From an uncultured Gemmatimonadales bacterium (GTDB lineage: Bacteria > Gemmatimonadota > Gemmatimonadetes > Gemmatimonadales > GWC2-71-9), in the NCBI GenBank assembly GCA_963739455.1, contig CAVUAK010000001.1, positions 192,001 to 256,000 of the forward strand: a DNA stretch of 64,000 bases, in the 5' to 3' direction. The notes beneath the pieces were generated by a model. The model was given only the letters and a program-made list of their open reading frames with translations. It did no database searches and was not told where the DNA came from. How positions within the stretch are numbered: position 1 is the first letter of the stretch; each line of letters starts with the position of its first letter. Position numbers and translations under genes: made by a program. Shown here piece after piece: positions 1 through 11,075 of the stretch.

Positions 1-45
1 GGTCGGCCCCTGGAAGGAATTTCTCCCAGTGCTGGCCGACCGGAA

Positions 46-597
46 ATGACACAGCCTCCGCGAGATACCCACTGGGAGGAAATGCCGGGACAGAAGCAGT
101 CCGGACCGCTCGTCGGTATTCGTGGTTGGCTCCTGTTCTACGTAGCTGGTGCCTGTTTCGCCCCCGCCAATGCCTTCTCTGCCACCGCTGACCTCAGCAG
201 CACCATCGAGGCGATCAAGGGAGCATGGGCCCATTCGCTTCCCTGGACTTTGGGCTTGGTGTCGTCGCTGTTCGTGCAGGGAGGTATCGCGGTCGGCTCC
301 GTGTACGGGCTCTACCTGATTTTCACTCAGAACCGGGCAACTCGAGCATTCCATGTCGCGCTCTGGCAGGCAGCAGCAGTTGCAAGCCTGGTTTGCGCCG
401 CCTGTCTGATGCTCGGCAGCACAGCGATGGCGGGGCACATTCCGCTCACCGTGAACGGAACCGTGGTTCAGGCCGGGCTGCCACCCTTCCTCGTCACTCT
501 GCCGCACCTGGGCCTCGCCGCGACTGCAGCGATCTGGTGGCAATACTGGAAGAAGTCAGTGCGGGTCCGTAACACGTTCCCGGGCAACGATCCATAG
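46..597 (+). CDS. DUF2569-like membrane protein
   Basis: About 4 hydrophobic helices; N-terminal GIRGWLLF and C-terminal YWKKSVRVRNTF resemble the DUF2569 pattern (GIGGWL...SKRVKNTF). Confidence 0.65.
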   Translation: MTQPPRDTHWEEMPGQKQSGPLVGIRGWLLFYVAGACFAPANAFSATADLSSTIEAIKGAWAHSLPWTLGLVSSLFVQGGIAVGSVYGLYLIFTQNRATRAFHVALWQAAAVASLVCAACLMLGSTAMAGHIPLTVNGTVVQAGLPPFLVTLPHLGLAATAAIWWQYWKKSVRVRNTFPGNDP

Positions 598-600
598 CCA

Positions 601-678
601 TCTTCCCTCTTCCCCTCTTCCCTCTTCCCTCTTCCCTCTTCCCTCTTCCCTCTTCCCTCTTCCCTCTTCCCTCTTCCC
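601..678. repeat. Heptamer tandem repeat (TCTTCCC)x11
   Basis: Read directly; one unit has an extra C; lies between convergent genes. Confidence 0.95.
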
Positions 679-685
679 GCAGTTA

Positions 686-717
686 CCTCAAGTCTTCAAG
701 CCCTCAAGTCTTCAAGC
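686..717. repeat. Octamer tandem repeat (CYTCAAGY)x4
   Basis: cctcaagt cttcaagc cctcaagt cttcaagc, overlapping the kinase stop codon. Confidence 0.85.
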
Positions 718-2391
718 CCCCAGCTTCACCTGCCCCGCCCACGCATCCAGTTCACCCCTGATACACCCCGAAGCCTGCACCCCCCGCGCCCTCAGCTCCA
801 CCGTGTGACGCCCCGCCGCGACTGGCCCCAGGTCCAGCACCCCCGTTCCATGCGCACCACCCAGCGCCACCGGACCAAGTGGCCCGATGCCCGATCGCAC
901 AACGACCCCGTCCACCAGTACATCGAGCAGGATGTTCCCGCAGAACGCCGACGTCACCCGATAGTCCACGCTCAGCGGGCCCTTCGTCGTCACCTCCCTC
1001 GAGAACCCCTCATCGCAATTGAGGCCCGCCGAGCTGCACTCCACCACGAACGACTCGAAGCCCGCGGCATCCGTCCGCGACGAAGCACTCGACCTCGCGA
1101 TCCATCGCTCACGCCACCCAATCGTCACCACCGCGAGCAGCACCACAAGACCCAGTGCAAGCACACTCCGATGCTGCGACACGAACCGCGAGCTCCGATA
1201 CCAGAAACCGTCCCCGCCCGCGCCGACTGGCAATCCATCCAGGTGACGCCGCACATCCGCCGCCAGCTCTCGCACCGACTGGTACCGCCGCTCTGGTTCC
1301 TTCCTCAGCGCCTTCATCACGATGTTGTCCAGTTCGCCGCGAAGCCGCCGCTGCAGCGCCCTGGCACTTCCGTCGCCGGTGGCGCTCCAGATCTCCACCT
1401 GGGTCGCGCGCGGGCGCACCTCGTCCCCGCCCCGCTCCACCGGCCGCGTGACGGCGGTGCTCGGCTTCACCGGGTCGGTGTTGCAGACTGACTTCGCGAT
1501 CTCATGGGGCGCGCGGCTCAGGAACTGGTATGGCGAGCGACCCGTCAGCAGCTCGTAGAGCACCACGCCCAGCGAGTAGACGTCGCTGATCGGCGATGCG
1601 TGCTGCCCTGCGACCTGCTCCGGGCTGGCATACTCCGGTGTCAGCATCCGCCAGTCCGTCACCGTCGTCACAGCGTCGCTCTCGTCCGATTCCAGCAGCT
1701 TCGCGATGCCGAAGTCGAGCAGCCGCGGGGCGCCCGAGGCCGAGATGAGGATGTTCGAGGGCTTGATGTCCCGGTGCACCACCCGTTGCCGGTGTGCGTA
1801 CGACACCGCCTCGCACACTTCGAGGAAGAGGGTGAGCCGCTCGGGGATCGTGAGCTTCATCGCGGCGGCAAAGGCGTCGATGTGCTGCCCCTCGATGTAC
1901 TCCATCACGATGTACGGTCGGCCATCCGGGCTCGTTCCGGCGTCGAGCAGGCGCGCGATGTTCGGGTGCTCCAGCGACGCCAGGATGCGCTGCTCCTCCC
2001 GGAACCGCCGGAGGATGGCATCGGTGTCGAGGCCGCGCTTGGTAATCTTGATCGCGACGGACTTCTGGAACGCCCCGTCGGCCCGCTCGCCCAGGTACAC
2101 CGTCCCCATCCCGCCCCGCCCCAGCTCCCGCGCGATGCGATAGGCGCCAAGCTGCTGCCCGGTCATGGCGGCCTGTGCATCGTCGTCCAGCCCCGCCAGC
2201 ACCGCGCGAGCCGACGCCTCGCTCAGGAAGTCGTCGGAACGCGCATGCGCCGCCAGCAGGCGGCGCAATTCGTCGAGCAGGTACGGCTCGTCCGGGAAGA
2301 GCGTCTCCAGCCAGGCGGCCCGCGCCTCAGGCTTGAGCCGCAGCGCCTCCTCGAACGCCTCGTCGAGTCGTTGCCAGGTATCGGCGCTCAT
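712..2391 (-). CDS. Membrane-anchored Ser/Thr protein kinase (ECF-associated) with a small Cys-containing C-terminal domain
   Basis: GRGGMGTVY, VAIK, HRDIKPSN, DFG and TPEYASPE motifs, then a TM helix. Start placed at MSADTWQ (2391), which overlaps the sigma factor stop as ATGA. Confidence 0.93.
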   Translation of the reverse strand: MSADTWQRLDEAFEEALRLKPEARAAWLETLFPDEPYLLDELRRLLAAHARSDDFLSEASARAVLAGLDDDAQAAMTGQQLGAYRIARELGRGGMGTVYLGERADGAFQKSVAIKITKRGLDTDAILRRFREEQRILASLEHPNIARLLDAGTSPDGRPYIVMEYIEGQHIDAFAAAMKLTIPERLTLFLEVCEAVSYAHRQRVVHRDIKPSNILISASGAPRLLDFGIAKLLESDESDAVTTVTDWRMLTPEYASPEQVAGQHASPISDVYSLGVVLYELLTGRSPYQFLSRAPHEIAKSVCNTDPVKPSTAVTRPVERGGDEVRPRATQVEIWSATGDGSARALQRRLRGELDNIVMKALRKEPERRYQSVRELAADVRRHLDGLPVGAGGDGFWYRSSRFVSQHRSVLALGLVVLLAVVTIGWRERWIARSSASSRTDAAGFESFVVECSSAGLNCDEGFSREVTTKGPLSVDYRVTSAFCGNILLDVLVDGVVVRSGIGPLGPVALGGAHGTGVLDLGPVAAGRHTVELRARGVQASGCIRGELDAWAGQVKLGA

Positions 2392-2951
2392 GCAGCACCT
2401 GGTCCCTCGAGTGCGTCGAGCAGCCACGCCCGCGCGAATGTCCATTCCCGTTCGACCGTGGCAGCCGAGATATCCAGCACCGCCGCGGTCTCCTCGATCG
2501 TGAGTCCGCCGAAAAAACGAAGCTCCACTACCCGCGCCTTCCGTTCGTCCCGGTCGGCGAGTCGCTCCAGCGCGTCGCTGAGTGCGATGACGTCCACCGC
2601 CGGCTCCTCGCCTCCGCCCACCAGGCTGAGTGACACCCGCTCCTGCACGCCGCCCCGCTTGGCGGCCGCCCGGTCGCGCGCATGGCTCACGAGAATGCGC
2701 CGCATCATGTTGGCCGCGATGCCCAGGAAGTGCGCCCGGTTCCGCCAGTCCACCCGCCGCTGGTCAACCAGTCGGAGGTAGGCCTCGTGCACCAGCGCAG
2801 TGGGGGTGAGGGTGTGGTCTGGCCGCTCCCGGCCCATGTAGCGGACCGCGAGGTCGCGCAGCGCCGCATAGATGACGGGCAGGGCATCATCGAGGGCGCC
2901 CTTGTCGCCCTCACCCCACGCGATGAGCGACTGGGTAACGATGGTGTCCAC
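2388..2951 (-). CDS. ECF-type sigma-70 factor (TIGR02999-like, kinase-associated)
   Basis: HTLTPTALVHEAYLRL, WRNRAHF, VVELRFFGGLTIEETA and W.FARAWL motifs. Confidence 0.93.
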   Translation of the reverse strand: MDTIVTQSLIAWGEGDKGALDDALPVIYAALRDLAVRYMGRERPDHTLTPTALVHEAYLRLVDQRRVDWRNRAHFLGIAANMMRRILVSHARDRAAAKRGGVQERVSLSLVGGGEEPAVDVIALSDALERLADRDERKARVVELRFFGGLTIEETAAVLDISAATVEREWTFARAWLLDALEGPGAA

Positions 2952-3041
2952 TGATGGGCCGGCTTTGGGATGGCACCAATATCACCCCCGTTACCCGAGG
3001 CCTCAACATCTGCCTCTTCCCTCTTCCCGTAGTTTCTGTTC

Positions 3042-3095
3042 CCTCCCCGCCCTCCCCGCCCTCCCCGCCCTCCCCGCCTTCCCCGCCTTCCCCGC
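3042..3095. repeat. Nonamer tandem repeat (CYTCCCCGC)x6
   Basis: Read directly in the divergent intergenic region; G-rich on the minus strand. Confidence 0.92.
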
Positions 3096-3140
3096 CTTCA
3101 AATCCCGCCGTAGATTCGCAGTTACGCACTGTTTTCCCTC

Positions 3141-4518
3141 ATGCCACGAAATCCCTTGCGCATTCGCTCCATCCGGCGCGCCATTATCGCAGCCCTGTCC
3201 TGCCTCGCCCTGGCGCACCCCGCCATGGCGCAGCAGGAGTATTCCCTCGCGGCCCCGATCCTCACCCTCGACGAGGCCATCGTCCTCGCCCTCAAGGGCA
3301 ACTACAGCGTCGAGAACGCCACCCTCGGTGTCGCCAAGTCCGGCGCCACCGTGAGCGCCATCAAGACCCATCGCCTCCCCGTCCTCCAGCTCGACGGTGC
3401 GGCCAACTACAGCATCCTGAAGCAGCCCTTCACCGTCCCACAGGGCGCCTTCGGCGACTATCCCATCATCGGGCCGATCCCGTACCAGGACACCACCATC
3501 GGTTCCATCGAGGGCTTCTTCGCCACTGCCTCGATCGGCGTTTCCCAGCCGCTCCTGCAGCTCTATCGCACCGGCCTCCTCGTCGAGCAGGCGGAAGTTG
3601 ACGACTCCATCTCGAGCCAGGGTCTGCGCAACAAGCAGCAGGACGTCGTCAAGTCGGTCAAGTCGCAGTACTACGAGATCCTCAAGACCGAGAACACCCT
3701 GCAGGCCACCAAGGCGAGCATCGCCTTCTACCGCGAGTTGGTGAAGCTGGTCGACAACTACGTGAAGCAGGAAGTGGCGCAGGAATACGAGCTGCTCGAC
3801 ACCCAGGCCCGGCTCGCGCGCGCCGAGCACAGCGCGCGGAGCCAGGGTAACGCGCTCATCACCGAGAAGGAGCGGCTCAACAACCTGCATGGGGCGCGAC
3901 CCCAAGACGCCGTTCCGCGTCAGTGAGGAACCGCCCGCGGCCCGCGCCGGCTATCCCTCCATGGTCGCCGCCGAGTCCATCGCGATCGCCCAGCGGCCCG
4001 ATGTGCAGGAGAAGATCCTCAAGCTCAAGCAGGCGGAGACCGGCGCGCGCATCACCCGCGCCGACTACATCCCGACGCTCAACCTCGTCATGCAGCTCAC
4101 CCAGCTCTTCAACGTCGACTTCGTGCCGCCCACCAACTGGATCGTCGGGCTCCAGATGCGCTGGGACATCTGGGACTGGGGCAAGAAGGGCAACGACCTC
4201 ACGAAGAAGAAGGCCGACATCGCGCAGGCGGCGAACGACCTCGATGACACGAGGGCGCAGGTCGCCATCGAGGTGGACAGTCGCATCCGCGAGCTCGAGG
4301 AAGCCCAGGAAATGGTGAAGGTCACGGAAATCAGCCAGGCGGCTGCCACGGAGAAGCTTCGCGTGCTTACCAACCAGTACAAGGAGCAGTCGGCGCTGCT
4401 CAAGGATGTGCTGCAGGCCGAGTCCGAACTCGCCGAGGCCAACGCGCAGCACGCCGACGCCGTTCTCTCCGCATGGAACGCCCAAGCCCAGCTCGACAAG
4501 GCACTGGGCCAGACGTGA
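3141..4518 (+). CDS. TolC-family outer membrane efflux protein (one frameshift near 3888)
   Basis: Signal peptide, LTLDEAIVLALKGN; ORFs 3141-3926 and 3889-4518 join (LNNL/MGRDP); C-terminus AQLDKALG. Confidence 0.88.
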
Positions 4519-5654
4519 ACCTCTCAACTCTGAACTCTCGACTCTGGACCTTTGTCGCTCTCTGTGCGGCGGCATGCAAGTCCGCACCTCCAAGCGAGCC
4601 CCCCGGCACCCCGGTTCGCACCCAGCTCGTCGAGACCGCGGGCGCCACCAGCGGCATCCGCTATTCCGCCAACGTCATCCCTCGCGCCCAGGTCGACGTC
4701 GCCTTCAAGGTCAACGGCTACGTCGACGCCATCCGCCAGGTGAAGGGCGCCGATGGCCGCACCCGCGACCTGCAGCAGGGCGACGTCGTGCCCGCCGGTT
4801 CCATGCTCGCCAAGGTGCGCGACACCGACTACGTCGACAACGTGAAGAAGGCGCAGGCCAACCTCGACAAGGCCAACGCGGCAGTCGAGAAAGCCACCAA
4901 CGATTTCCGCCGTGCCACCAACCTCAAGGCCACCAATAGCATCACCGGCCCCGACTACGACTCGGCGAAGCAGGAATACGAAACCGACAAGGCCGCCGTC
5001 GACGGCGCCAAGGCCCAGCTCAACGAGGCCCAGACCAACCTCGGCTATGCCACGCTGGTCGCACCAATGAATGGCGTGCTGCTGCAGCGGAAGATCGAGG
5101 TCGGTGACCTCGTCGGTCCCGGCACCACCGGCTTCGTCCTCGCCGACGTCTCCTATGTAAAGGTGGTGTTCGGCGTGCCCGACGTGATGCTCAACCGCGT
5201 GTCACTGGGCCACAAGATCCAGATCTCCACCGCCTCCGTGCCCGGCAAGCTCTTCACCGGCACCGTCACCGCCATCTCCCCCTCGGCGGACGCCAACACC
5301 CGCGTCAGTGAGGTCGAGGTGTCGGTGCCCAATGCTGATGGCGCGCTCCGCGACGGCATGGTCGCGTCCCTCGAGATCGGCGCGAAGCCTGGCCCGGCCG
5401 CCACTGCGCGCGCCGAGGCAGTGGCGGTTCCGCTCGCCGCCGTGGTGCAGTCAGGCCAGGGCAATGCCTCCTACGGCGTCTTCGTGGTCACCACCGAAGG
5501 CAAGAAGGACGTCGCGAAGCTCCATCAGGTGGAGCTGGGGCAGGTGGTGGGCAACTCCGTGATCGTGAACTCCGGCCTCGAGTCCGGCGCGCGCATCATC
5601 GTCACCGGTGCCACGATCGTGCGGGACGGTGATACCGTCCGGCCCATTCAGTAG
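4515..5654 (+). CDS. RND efflux periplasmic adaptor (MFP), lipoprotein
   Basis: GTG overlaps the TolC TGA; AAAC lipobox; VAFKVNGYV, LVAPMNGV and LRDGM motifs. Confidence 0.9.
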   Translation: MNLSTLNSRLWTFVALCAAACKSAPPSEPPGTPVRTQLVETAGATSGIRYSANVIPRAQVDVAFKVNGYVDAIRQVKGADGRTRDLQQGDVVPAGSMLAKVRDTDYVDNVKKAQANLDKANAAVEKATNDFRRATNLKATNSITGPDYDSAKQEYETDKAAVDGAKAQLNEAQTNLGYATLVAPMNGVLLQRKIEVGDLVGPGTTGFVLADVSYVKVVFGVPDVMLNRVSLGHKIQISTASVPGKLFTGTVTAISPSADANTRVSEVEVSVPNADGALRDGMVASLEIGAKPGPAATARAEAVAVPLAAVVQSGQGNASYGVFVVTTEGKKDVAKLHQVELGQVVGNSVIVNSGLESGARIIVTGATIVRDGDTVRPIQ

Positions 5655-5661
5655 GCATCGC

Positions 5662-8600
5662 GTGGGCACTCGCGGAGGAACGCGAGCGGCAACTGCTCGA
5701 GAAGGAGAAGCAGACTCACAACACCGCGCGGTTCTTCGTCGAGAACCGGCACATCTCGTGGGTGCTGCTCGCCACCGTCCTCACCTGGGGCCTCTACGGC
5801 TACCGGAACATGCCGAAGCGGAAGGATCCCGCGATCCCCGTCCGCGTCGCCACCGCCATCACCCCCTGGCCCGGCACCAGCGCGCAGGAAATCGAGCAGC
5901 TCGTCACCCGCCAGATCGAGGCCACTGCCGCACAGAGCTCCGTCATTCATCCTTCCGGGGCCGGCGACTTCGGCATCAAGTCGCTCACCCTTCCCGGTGT
6001 CTCCATCGTCCAGATCCAGCTCGACGAGAGCGTGAGGGACCCCGAGAAGGAATTCAACGACATCAACCTCAAGCTCGCCGCCCTCAACCCCAGCCTGCCC
6101 GCAGGGCGCCGGGCCGATCCAGTTCAACAGCGGTTTCGGCGAGACCAGCGCGCTGCTGCTCTCGGTGGCGAGCCCCAAGGCGGGCGCCGTCGAGCTCTCG
6201 TTGCGGGCACGTGACCTCTCAGCGGCGATCGGGCGCGCACGCGAGGGCATCCCGCGCCGACAGCGCGCGTCCCCGCGCGGCACTCGTCATCGCGCTGCCC
6301 CAGGCGGTGAGCCCCGCCATCGTCGATCGCGCCCTGGAGACCTTCGACGGCGCCGTCCGCACCGAACCGTTCGCCAGCGGCATCATTGACCCTGCGCGGC
6401 CCCGGCTTCGTCGGCGTCGATCTCGCCACCAGTGCCAGCGACGACCGCGCTCGTGGCCTATGTGCAGGACTTCATGCAGAACCGGCTCGGCTACAGCGGC
6501 TTCTACACCGACGCCTGGCCTGCCATCGTCATTCGGGACACCTCGGAAACGCTCGCGCGCCTCACCGAGAATGCCGGGGACAAGTACACCTATCGCGAGC
6601 TCGACCAGTTCACCGACCTCCTGCAGCGGCGCCTCCTGAGCGTGCCGCAGGTGTCGAAGATCCTGCGCTCCGGCGTGCTCGCCCGAGCAGGTGCTTCTCG
6701 GCTACTCGCAGGAACAGCTCGCCGCCTACAACCTCCAGCCGACCAGCATCAAGGAGATCCTCACCGCCCGGAACACCACCATTCCCGGTGGCCTCTTCCA
6801 GGCCGGCGACATCAACGTGCAGGTGCAGCCCTCCGGTTCCTTCAGTGACGCGCGGGAGATCGGCGGCGTCATCATGACTCGCACGTCGTCGGGGCTGCCG
6901 GTGTACCTGCGCGACATCATGGACATGTATCGCGGGTACCAGACGCCGCCCCGCTTCCTCAACTTCGTCACCCGGCAGGACGAGCACGGAAGCTGGCAGC
7001 GCAATCGCGCCATATCGCTTGGCATCCAGATGCGGGACGGCGAGCAGATCGACGCCTTCGGCCGGGAAATCGACAAGGCACTCGGCACCATGGCGGGACG
7101 CCTCCCCGCCGACCTGATCATCGATCGCACGTCCGACCAGCCGCTGCAGGTGAAGGAGAACCTCGATCTCTTCATGGACGCGCTGTACGAGGCCATCGCG
7201 CTGGTGGTGCTCGTGGCGCTCATCGGCTTCTGGGAGTGGCGCGCCGCCCTCCTCATGATGCTCGCCATCCCGATCACGCTGTCGATGACCTTCGGCATCA
7301 TCTACCTGCTCGGCATCGACCTGCAGCAGGTGTCGGTCGCGACGCTCATCCTGGCGCTCGGCCTGCTGGTGGACGATCCCGTCGTGGCGGGTGACGCGAT
7401 CAAGCGCGACCTCGCCGCCGGCGACCCGCCCATCCAGGCCGCCTGGTGGGGACCCACCAAGCTGGCGACGGCGATCCTCTTCGCCACCGTCACCAACGTC
7501 GTGGCCTACCTGCCGCTGCTCCTGCTCACCGGAAACCAGGGAGACTTCCTCCACAGCCTGCCCATCGTCATGGCGTCGGCGCTCATCGCCTCGCGCATCG
7601 TGTCGATGACCTTCATTCCGCTCCTTGGCTACTACATCCTCCGCGCACCGAAGAAGCAGGAGCCCACCATCGAGGAGCGCCGCACCCGCGGCTTCACCGG
7701 CTGGTACTACCGGGTCGGCAAGTATGCCATCGAGCATCGGCGCATGGTCTTCGCCGCGTCCCTGCTTTTCATTGCGAGCGGTGCCTTCTTCAACCGGCAC
7801 CTGAGGCGCGCCTTCTTCCCCGACGACGTGCAGTACCTGTCGTACGTGGACATCTGGCTCCGGAACGCTGCTGCACTCCCCACCACCAACGACGTGGCCC
7901 GGGAAGCGGAGACGGTGATCCGTGAGGTGGCGGCGCAGTATGGCAGGGAGCACCCGGAGCACGGCAAGCCGACCGACGTGCTCGAGTCGATTACCGCCTT
8001 CGTGGGCGGGGGCGGCCCGCGCTTCTGGTTCTCGGTGTCGCCCGAGCTCCAGCAGCTCAACTATGCCCAGCTCATCGTGAAGGTGAAGGACAAGGACATC
8101 ACGCCCCGCATCGTGGGACAGATGCAGGACTCCCTCACCAGCCGGGTGCCCGGCGCGTTCATCGACGTGCAGCAGCTGCAGACCAACCCGGTGCAGTATC
8201 CGGTGGCCGTTCGCATCATTGCCCCGGCAGCGACGGCGGGAGACGAGGCCGCGAATGCCCGGGTGCTGCGCGGCATTTCCATGCAGGTGAGGGACATCCT
8301 CCGGAAGTCACGCCATGCCGCGCGCATCCGCGACGACTGGGGCGAGGAAGTGCTCGTCACCCGACTCGATGTCGATCCCGATCGCGCCAATCTTGCCGGG
8401 CTCACCAACCAGGATGTGGCTGCGTCATCGTCCGCCGGCCTCAACGGCACCCAGGTCGCCATCCTGCGCGAGGACAACAAGCAGATCCCCATCATTGCCC
8501 GGCTGCAGCCGCGCGAGCGGCCCGAGCTGAGCGACCTGCGCAACCTTTACATCTTTTCCACCGAGGACAAGAACAAGATCCCCATCGGGCAGGTGGCCAC

Positions 8601-9321
8601 CATCAGCCTTGGCATGGAGACCCAGCGCATCCGCCGGCAGGATCAGGTGCGCATGATGACGGTCTTCTGCTTCCCCATTCCCGGTGCGCTGGCATCCGAT
8701 GTCTACAACGACGTCGCAGCGCCGATCGCCGAGCTGAGCCGGAACATGTCTCCCGGCTACAAGCTCGTGGTGTCCGGTGAGCAGGCGAAGACCACCGAGG
8801 GATTCGGCCAGCTGCTCGGCGTCATGGCCATTTCGGGCTTCATGATCTACCTGGCGCTGGTGCTGCAGTTCCGCAATGCGGTGAAGCCATTCATCGTGTT
8901 CGCGGCGGTGCCCTATGGCCTCGTGGCTGCGATGGCATCGCTCTGGGTCATGCAGAGCAGCTTTGGCTTCATGGCGCTGCTCGGCATGGTGAGCCTCATC
9001 GGCGTCATCGTGAGCCACGTCATCGTGCTCTTTGACTTCATCGAGGAAATGCACGCGAAGGGGGAGCCGTTCGAGGATTCATTGCTCGACGCCGGCATCA
9101 TCCGCCTGCGGCCGGTGCTCATTACCGTGCTCGCCACCGTGCTGGCACTGTTTCCGCTGGCGCTGCATGGCGGCCCGCTCTGGCAGCCGCTCTGTGTTGC
9201 CCAGATCGGTGGCCTCCTCTTCGCCACGGTGGTCACGCTGATTCTCGTGCCGGTTATCTATTCCATCGCCGTCCTCGATCTCAAAGTCATCAAATGGGAA
9301 ACGAAGGAGTCCGAATCATGA
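5662..9321 (+). CDS. RND efflux permease (AcrB/AcrD/AcrF family), several frameshifts in the first ~1.05 kb
   Basis: ARFFVENRHISW, TPWPGTSAQEIEQLVT, LGLLVDDPVV and RLRPVLIT; pieces 5702-6105, ~6120-6680 and 6691-9321 are colinear. Start approximate. Confidence 0.88.
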
Positions 9322-9791
9322 ACCTCACGTCCTCACGCCTTCACGTCCTCACGTCTCGCGGAGCGCTCACGTCTTCACGTCTTCACGTCCTCACGTCACG
9401 CGCCGCCGCGATCTTCGTACTCGCACTGCTCCCCGCCCGCGCTGCGGCGCAGTCCATTGCCGGCGTGTGGTTTACCGAGGACAGTTCATCCAAGGTCACC
9501 ATCACCCAGAGCGGCAACGCCTACACCGGCAAGGTCAGCTGGGTAAAGAAGGATGGCGCCGTGGACGCGAAGAACAGTGATGCTTCGCTCCGCACCCGTC
9601 CCATCCTCGGCATCGACATCCTCACCGGCTGCACCGGCGACGCGACATCCGCCAAGGGCTGCCGCATCTACGCGCCCAGGAAGGGCTCCACCTACGACGG
9701 CGAGCTGAACCTCGACAAGGATGGAACGCTGAAGGTGAAGGTGAAGGCCGGTATCGGCGGGAAGACCCAGACTTGGACCCGCGCCTCTTAA
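9318..9791 (+). CDS. DUF2147-like secreted protein
   Basis: IAGVWFTED..KVTI, GKVSW, D.KN.D.SLRTRPILGIDIL, IY.PRKGSTY and TWTR; ATGA overlap with the RND stop. Confidence 0.85.
   Translation: MNLTSSRLHVLTSRGALTSSRLHVLTSRAAAIFVLALLPARAAAQSIAGVWFTEDSSSKVTITQSGNAYTGKVSWVKKDGAVDAKNSDASLRTRPILGIDILTGCTGDATSAKGCRIYAPRKGSTYDGELNLDKDGTLKVKVKAGIGGKTQTWTRAS
9323..9396 (+). repeat. Two blocks of octamer repeat (CYTCACGY)x4 inside the signal-peptide region
   Basis: Blocks 42 bp apart; translate as LTSSRLHVLTSR twice. Confidence 0.9.
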
Positions 9792-10318
9792 TACTGCTCC
9801 TCCTGGTCGCGGCGCCTGGCCTTCACGCCCAGGCGCCAGCCACGCCACCTTCCTGGCTCTTTGTCGTTCGCCCCGTACTGGGGATCTTCGCCGGGCTCGT
9901 CGTGGTCGGGGGGCTCATTTCAGGCAGGCTGCTCCGTGGATGGACCGGCCTCTTTCTCGTCACCACCATCCTCACCAATGCCACCGGCTTCCTCTTCCCC
10001 TTCATCAAGCTCTTGCCCTCGCATATCCTGGGCCGGCTGTCGCTCGTGCTCCTGCCGATTGCGCTCTACGCGCTGTACGGCAAGCACCTCGAGGGCGGAT
10101 GGCGGAAGGTCTTCGTCATCCTCAGCACCATGACGCTCTACTTCAACTGCTTCGTGCTGGTGGTGCAGCTCTTCTCCAAGTTCCCGCTGCTCATCGCCAC
10201 GGCACCGACGCAGAAGGAACCGCCCTTCGCCATCACGCACCTGATTGTCCTGGCCCTGTTCATCTGGCTCGGGCGCGCTGCGGTGAAGGGCTTCCGCAAC
10301 GGGAGCGCTGCTGCCTGA
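9773..10318 (+). CDS. Hypothetical integral membrane protein
   Basis: About 5 hydrophobic helices; TGFLFPF and LAPTQKEPPF-like segments; typical codon bias. Confidence 0.7.
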   Translation: MDPRLLILLLLVAAPGLHAQAPATPPSWLFVVRPVLGIFAGLVVVGGLISGRLLRGWTGLFLVTTILTNATGFLFPFIKLLPSHILGRLSLVLLPIALYALYGKHLEGGWRKVFVILSTMTLYFNCFVLVVQLFSKFPLLIATAPTQKEPPFAITHLIVLALFIWLGRAAVKGFRNGSAAA

Positions 10319-10338
10319 CCTGGCCGGGAACCCCTGAG

Positions 10339-10962
10339 GTGCGCCGTTCGCTGGTTTGTGCCGCGCTGGCGGTTGCGGCTGTGCGGGTATCCGCAGCTCA
10401 GCAACTGGGAAGCCTCAAGTCCGCGGTCGATGCGCGCGTTGGGTCGCAGGGTCTCCTCGTGTGGGCCGGCGACCGGCCGCTCGCGCGAGGCGACTTCCGC
10501 GGCATCGTACCGGCCGATACCAGTGCGCTCGGCGCGGTGTCCGCGGTTGGACTCCTGCATGCCATCATTTGCGACGCGAAGCACTTCGAGTTCGCAGTAG
10601 TCCCGTTCTTCATTCCTGACAGCTCGTGGACCCGCCCTGAGGTGCTGCGCAACGATGCCCGCGGCGCGTACGAGCTCGCGCACGAGCAAGGACACTTTGA
10701 CCTCACTGAGATATCGGCCCGGCAGCTCCGGGCCGAGTTGGCGCACTTCAACGTGGCCTGTGACTCCGCCACCGATGTGTTCACGACCATTGCCGATGCT
10801 GCGGTCGCGCGCCATGCCGCGCTGCAGGTGCAGTATGACAATGAGACGGTGCACGCACTGAAGGTGCCGGAGCAGGAGCGCTGGCTCGCGATGATAAAGG
10901 CCCTGCTGGATACCGTGCCGGCGGGCACCGCCGTGACGAACCGCAAGTACTGGAAGCCCTGA
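10339..10962 (+). CDS. DUF922-like predicted secreted Zn-dependent protease
   Basis: LAHEQGHFDLTEISARQLR (HExxH), QVQYDNET.H; signal peptide after GTG at 10339. Confidence 0.75.
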   Translation: MRRSLVCAALAVAAVRVSAAQQLGSLKSAVDARVGSQGLLVWAGDRPLARGDFRGIVPADTSALGAVSAVGLLHAIICDAKHFEFAVVPFFIPDSSWTRPEVLRNDARGAYELAHEQGHFDLTEISARQLRAELAHFNVACDSATDVFTTIADAAVARHAALQVQYDNETVHALKVPEQERWLAMIKALLDTVPAGTAVTNRKYWKP

Positions 10963-11075
10963 CCTTGCCAAGGGCACTGGTTGGCCCCAGATAAGGAGGT
11001 GTGGCATATCCCACGGGCTGGGGCCTCGCCCGGTGCGATGCGACAACTGGGGCCCGTTTCTCCGAGGAGGGCGTC

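Noticed and set aside
3096..3112. tRNA T-arm-like TTCAAATCCCGCC as an att site
   Set aside because: No acceptor, D or anticodon arms and no integrase; arises at the edge of the nonamer repeat.
2872..3601. Low-complexity ORFs with PSPPSPP/ALPALP/GGEGGE repeats
   Set aside because: Translations of the nonamer DNA repeat overlapping real genes.
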